DNA of 60,513 nt, the filler included, from Piptocephalis cylindrospora (Eukaryota): assembly GCA_003614145.1 (NCBI GenBank). It is 5 parts of 5 records of this genome, joined end to end, with 100 filler letters (N's around TTAATTAATTAA, not from the genome) between each part and the next. Parts side by side here need not be neighbours in the genome. Positions count along the whole stretch, not along the records: positions 48,575 to 60,513 come from KZ987986.1; 4 more parts are not named here. One strand, written 5' to 3'. The notes below the pieces were generated by a model, which had not been told where the DNA came from, made no database searches, and saw only the letters and a program-made list of their open reading frames with translations. Of the stretch, positions 58,901 to 60,513 are shown one piece after another. Every line of letters starts with the position of its first letter. The stretch's first letter is position 1. The position numbers and the translations under genes were made by a program.

Positions 58901-59087
58901 GAAGTATATGGAGATGGAGGGGATTGAAGGCTCCTATGCTGGTGTCAACTCTCTTCTCTCCCAGCTTCGATGGGCCCGATCGGATCCCGATGACGCCGAA
59001 ACCAAGCAGCCCGCTGGCCTGATCCGTATCGAAGTGGGAATGGGAGAGGAGACTGTAGTGTACCGGTGCAAAGTATGGACTGCCTAG
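55955..59087 (+). CDS. Membrane-anchored two-domain glycosyltransferase: GT31 (Galactosyl_T) + GT32 (alpha-1,4-GT/OCH1-like DXD); ATG-only first exon 55955-55957, exon 2 from 56016
   Basis: 4-5 hydrophobic N-terminal helices. GT31: HRQTFRES, FVLG, DRYEDLSRKAY, FDYLLKTDDDCFIRL, PPYVAGALTVLSRD, NEDQNLGIWL. GT32: SHLTDYIRYIMLHKYGGTYMDMDALW, CVGPKAIT, LYP, SIHLF. Confidence 0.9.
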
Positions 59088-59705
59088 TGTCGGCTGTTGT
59101 TGAAAAATGAGAACTAGATGAATGGATTGGTTAATGGCACTGGAGAGAAATGGATCAACACTAAGAAATATAGCCCATTGCGCCGCAAGAGCATGTCTGA
59201 CTCTATGCGCAACTGGGCCATGTGCTCATCAATGGCCATCTTGGCACAGAAGGGCCTTCCCCCCCATCCTACTGCGTCAACCGCCACGCGCTCAATAGTG
59301 AAACACGGGCAGATCCTGGGGGGTCTGCGCGCTGCTGCCCCACATCACACCATCCCTTATGGGGTTGTAATAGGTCATTTAATCAATCATCTCTGTCAAA
59401 TGTGTAAGCGGAGTTTAGCCAAAGCGGACCAAGGCTTGATCCATCCAGATGAATGAGATACTTCCATCTCCTCTAGTCTGACCCGTACACAAACCACATG
59501 GATCCCAGATCCAGTTAGCAAAGGCTCATCGGTGACCCGGGGAAGAGCAAAAAAGAAGAAAAAAAGACCTGATGAACTTTATAAAGGCGTGTCTTGTAGT
59601 CGCCCCCTCCCTCTCCCATCATCTCCTGTTCCTTGCTCCTATACCTCTCCCCCTCTGACTTGACGAATTTCAATCCCTACCGGCCCCACAGTATCCTCTC
59701 TTAAC

Positions 59706-60104
59706 ATGCGTCTATCTCTTGCTGCTACTCTCCTCGCCCTAACTCTGACCTCCTATACGGTCATGGCTGCCCCCTCCCGTTATCCACCCAATGCTGGTAG
59801 ATCTGCCGATCCCTCCAAGTATCTATCGGAGCTGAACTCACCCACTGGGAATCATGCTACCATAATGCGCCGACTTATCAAGGCCTCGGCCAGCCAGATC
59901 GGGAAGATCCGCGACATTGCCAAAATTCGAAAAGATTATAATATTGAAGCAGCTGCTATCAAGTTAAAGTCTCTTATGGACCATCCCGAAGATCCGTCCA
60001 TAGTTTCGAACCTCGAGACCCGAAAGAAGACTATGGATGCTTTGGACAATGCTATTGGGGAAAGTGGTCATTTCTCCCATTATGAGAGTGTTCTATATCA
60101 TTGA
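59706..60104 (+). CDS. Small secreted protein (132 aa, Cys-free), effector candidate
   Basis: Signal peptide MRLSLAATLLALTLTSYTVMA|AP; TATAAAGG at ~59580 and a pyrimidine-rich leader; an extra 3' exon cannot be excluded. Confidence 0.7.
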   Translation: MRLSLAATLLALTLTSYTVMAAPSRYPPNAGRSADPSKYLSELNSPTGNHATIMRRLIKASASQIGKIRDIAKIRKDYNIEAAAIKLKSLMDHPEDPSIVSNLETRKKTMDALDNAIGESGHFSHYESVLYH

Positions 60105-60513
60105 GGGTGTGTGCAAGAGGGATGAGTCAACAGACGATGCTCTCTTTGATTCATAGATATTTGCAAAAGGTGCGGCCGTGTTGAGTAATTGTTTAAACGG
60201 ACGACATCAATGTTTCTAATTTATTCTTTTTTTTCACGATACTGTCGTGTAGTGATGATCAAATGTGCAGGAAATGACACTGAGTAGAAGTCTGAACAGG
60301 GTTCAGTGTGATAAGAGAAGCACACCAAGGATGGAGCCACTGATGCTATCAAGATTATCACATTGATATATCAAACTAGTGATCATTGATTGACTTCCAG
60401 ATGACAAAGGTAGAAGCTAGATGGTCGTTGAGATGAAGGGGATAAGGAGCTTAATGGATTAATGGATTAAGGGGATGAAGTGGTTTGAGAAGAGTATAAA
60501 TACTCGGGGTTTT

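Noticed and set aside
1..60513. CRISPR arrays, prokaryotic operons, rRNA, selenoprotein signals
   Set aside because: No regularly spaced repeat-spacer array or rRNA found; genes are spliced and eukaryotic; no in-frame TGA at a conserved Cys position seen.

Overview
Eukaryotic fungal DNA with short GT-AG introns, many CT/GA microsatellites and compact gene spacing. Gene content and composition suggest an early-diverging (zygomycete-type) fungus, possibly a Piptocephalis-like Zoopagomycota; that taxon is inference only. The window is not contiguous: five size-sorted ~12 kb contigs (1-12103, 12204-24240, 24341-36369, 36470-48474, 48575-60513) are joined by artificial 100-bp N44-TTAATTAATTAA-N44 linkers. 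Recognisable genes: a compact Velvet-domain regulator, three tandem CYSTM-type cysteine-rich peptides, a PPR protein, a PAM2/CUE/CCCH protein, a PH-FYVE protein, a histidine phosphatase, LCP5, NDUFAF3, PRP4, AP-2 alpha, AIM24, a CaMKK-type kinase, THO2, an F-box/LRR protein, SPO71-like, a GT31-GT32 glycosyltransferase fusion and a small secreted protein. There are also three tRNAs and a decayed Tc1 transposase. Most notable: (i) a CYSTM peptide with an exact ubiquitin C-terminal tail (LRLRGG) directly before a Gly-initiated 12-Cys module, suggesting processing by a deubiquitinase; (ii) two families of very short intergenic inserts with microsatellite tails and target-site duplications, resembling 5'-truncated non-LTR retroelement ends; (iii) the two-domain glycosyltransferase.
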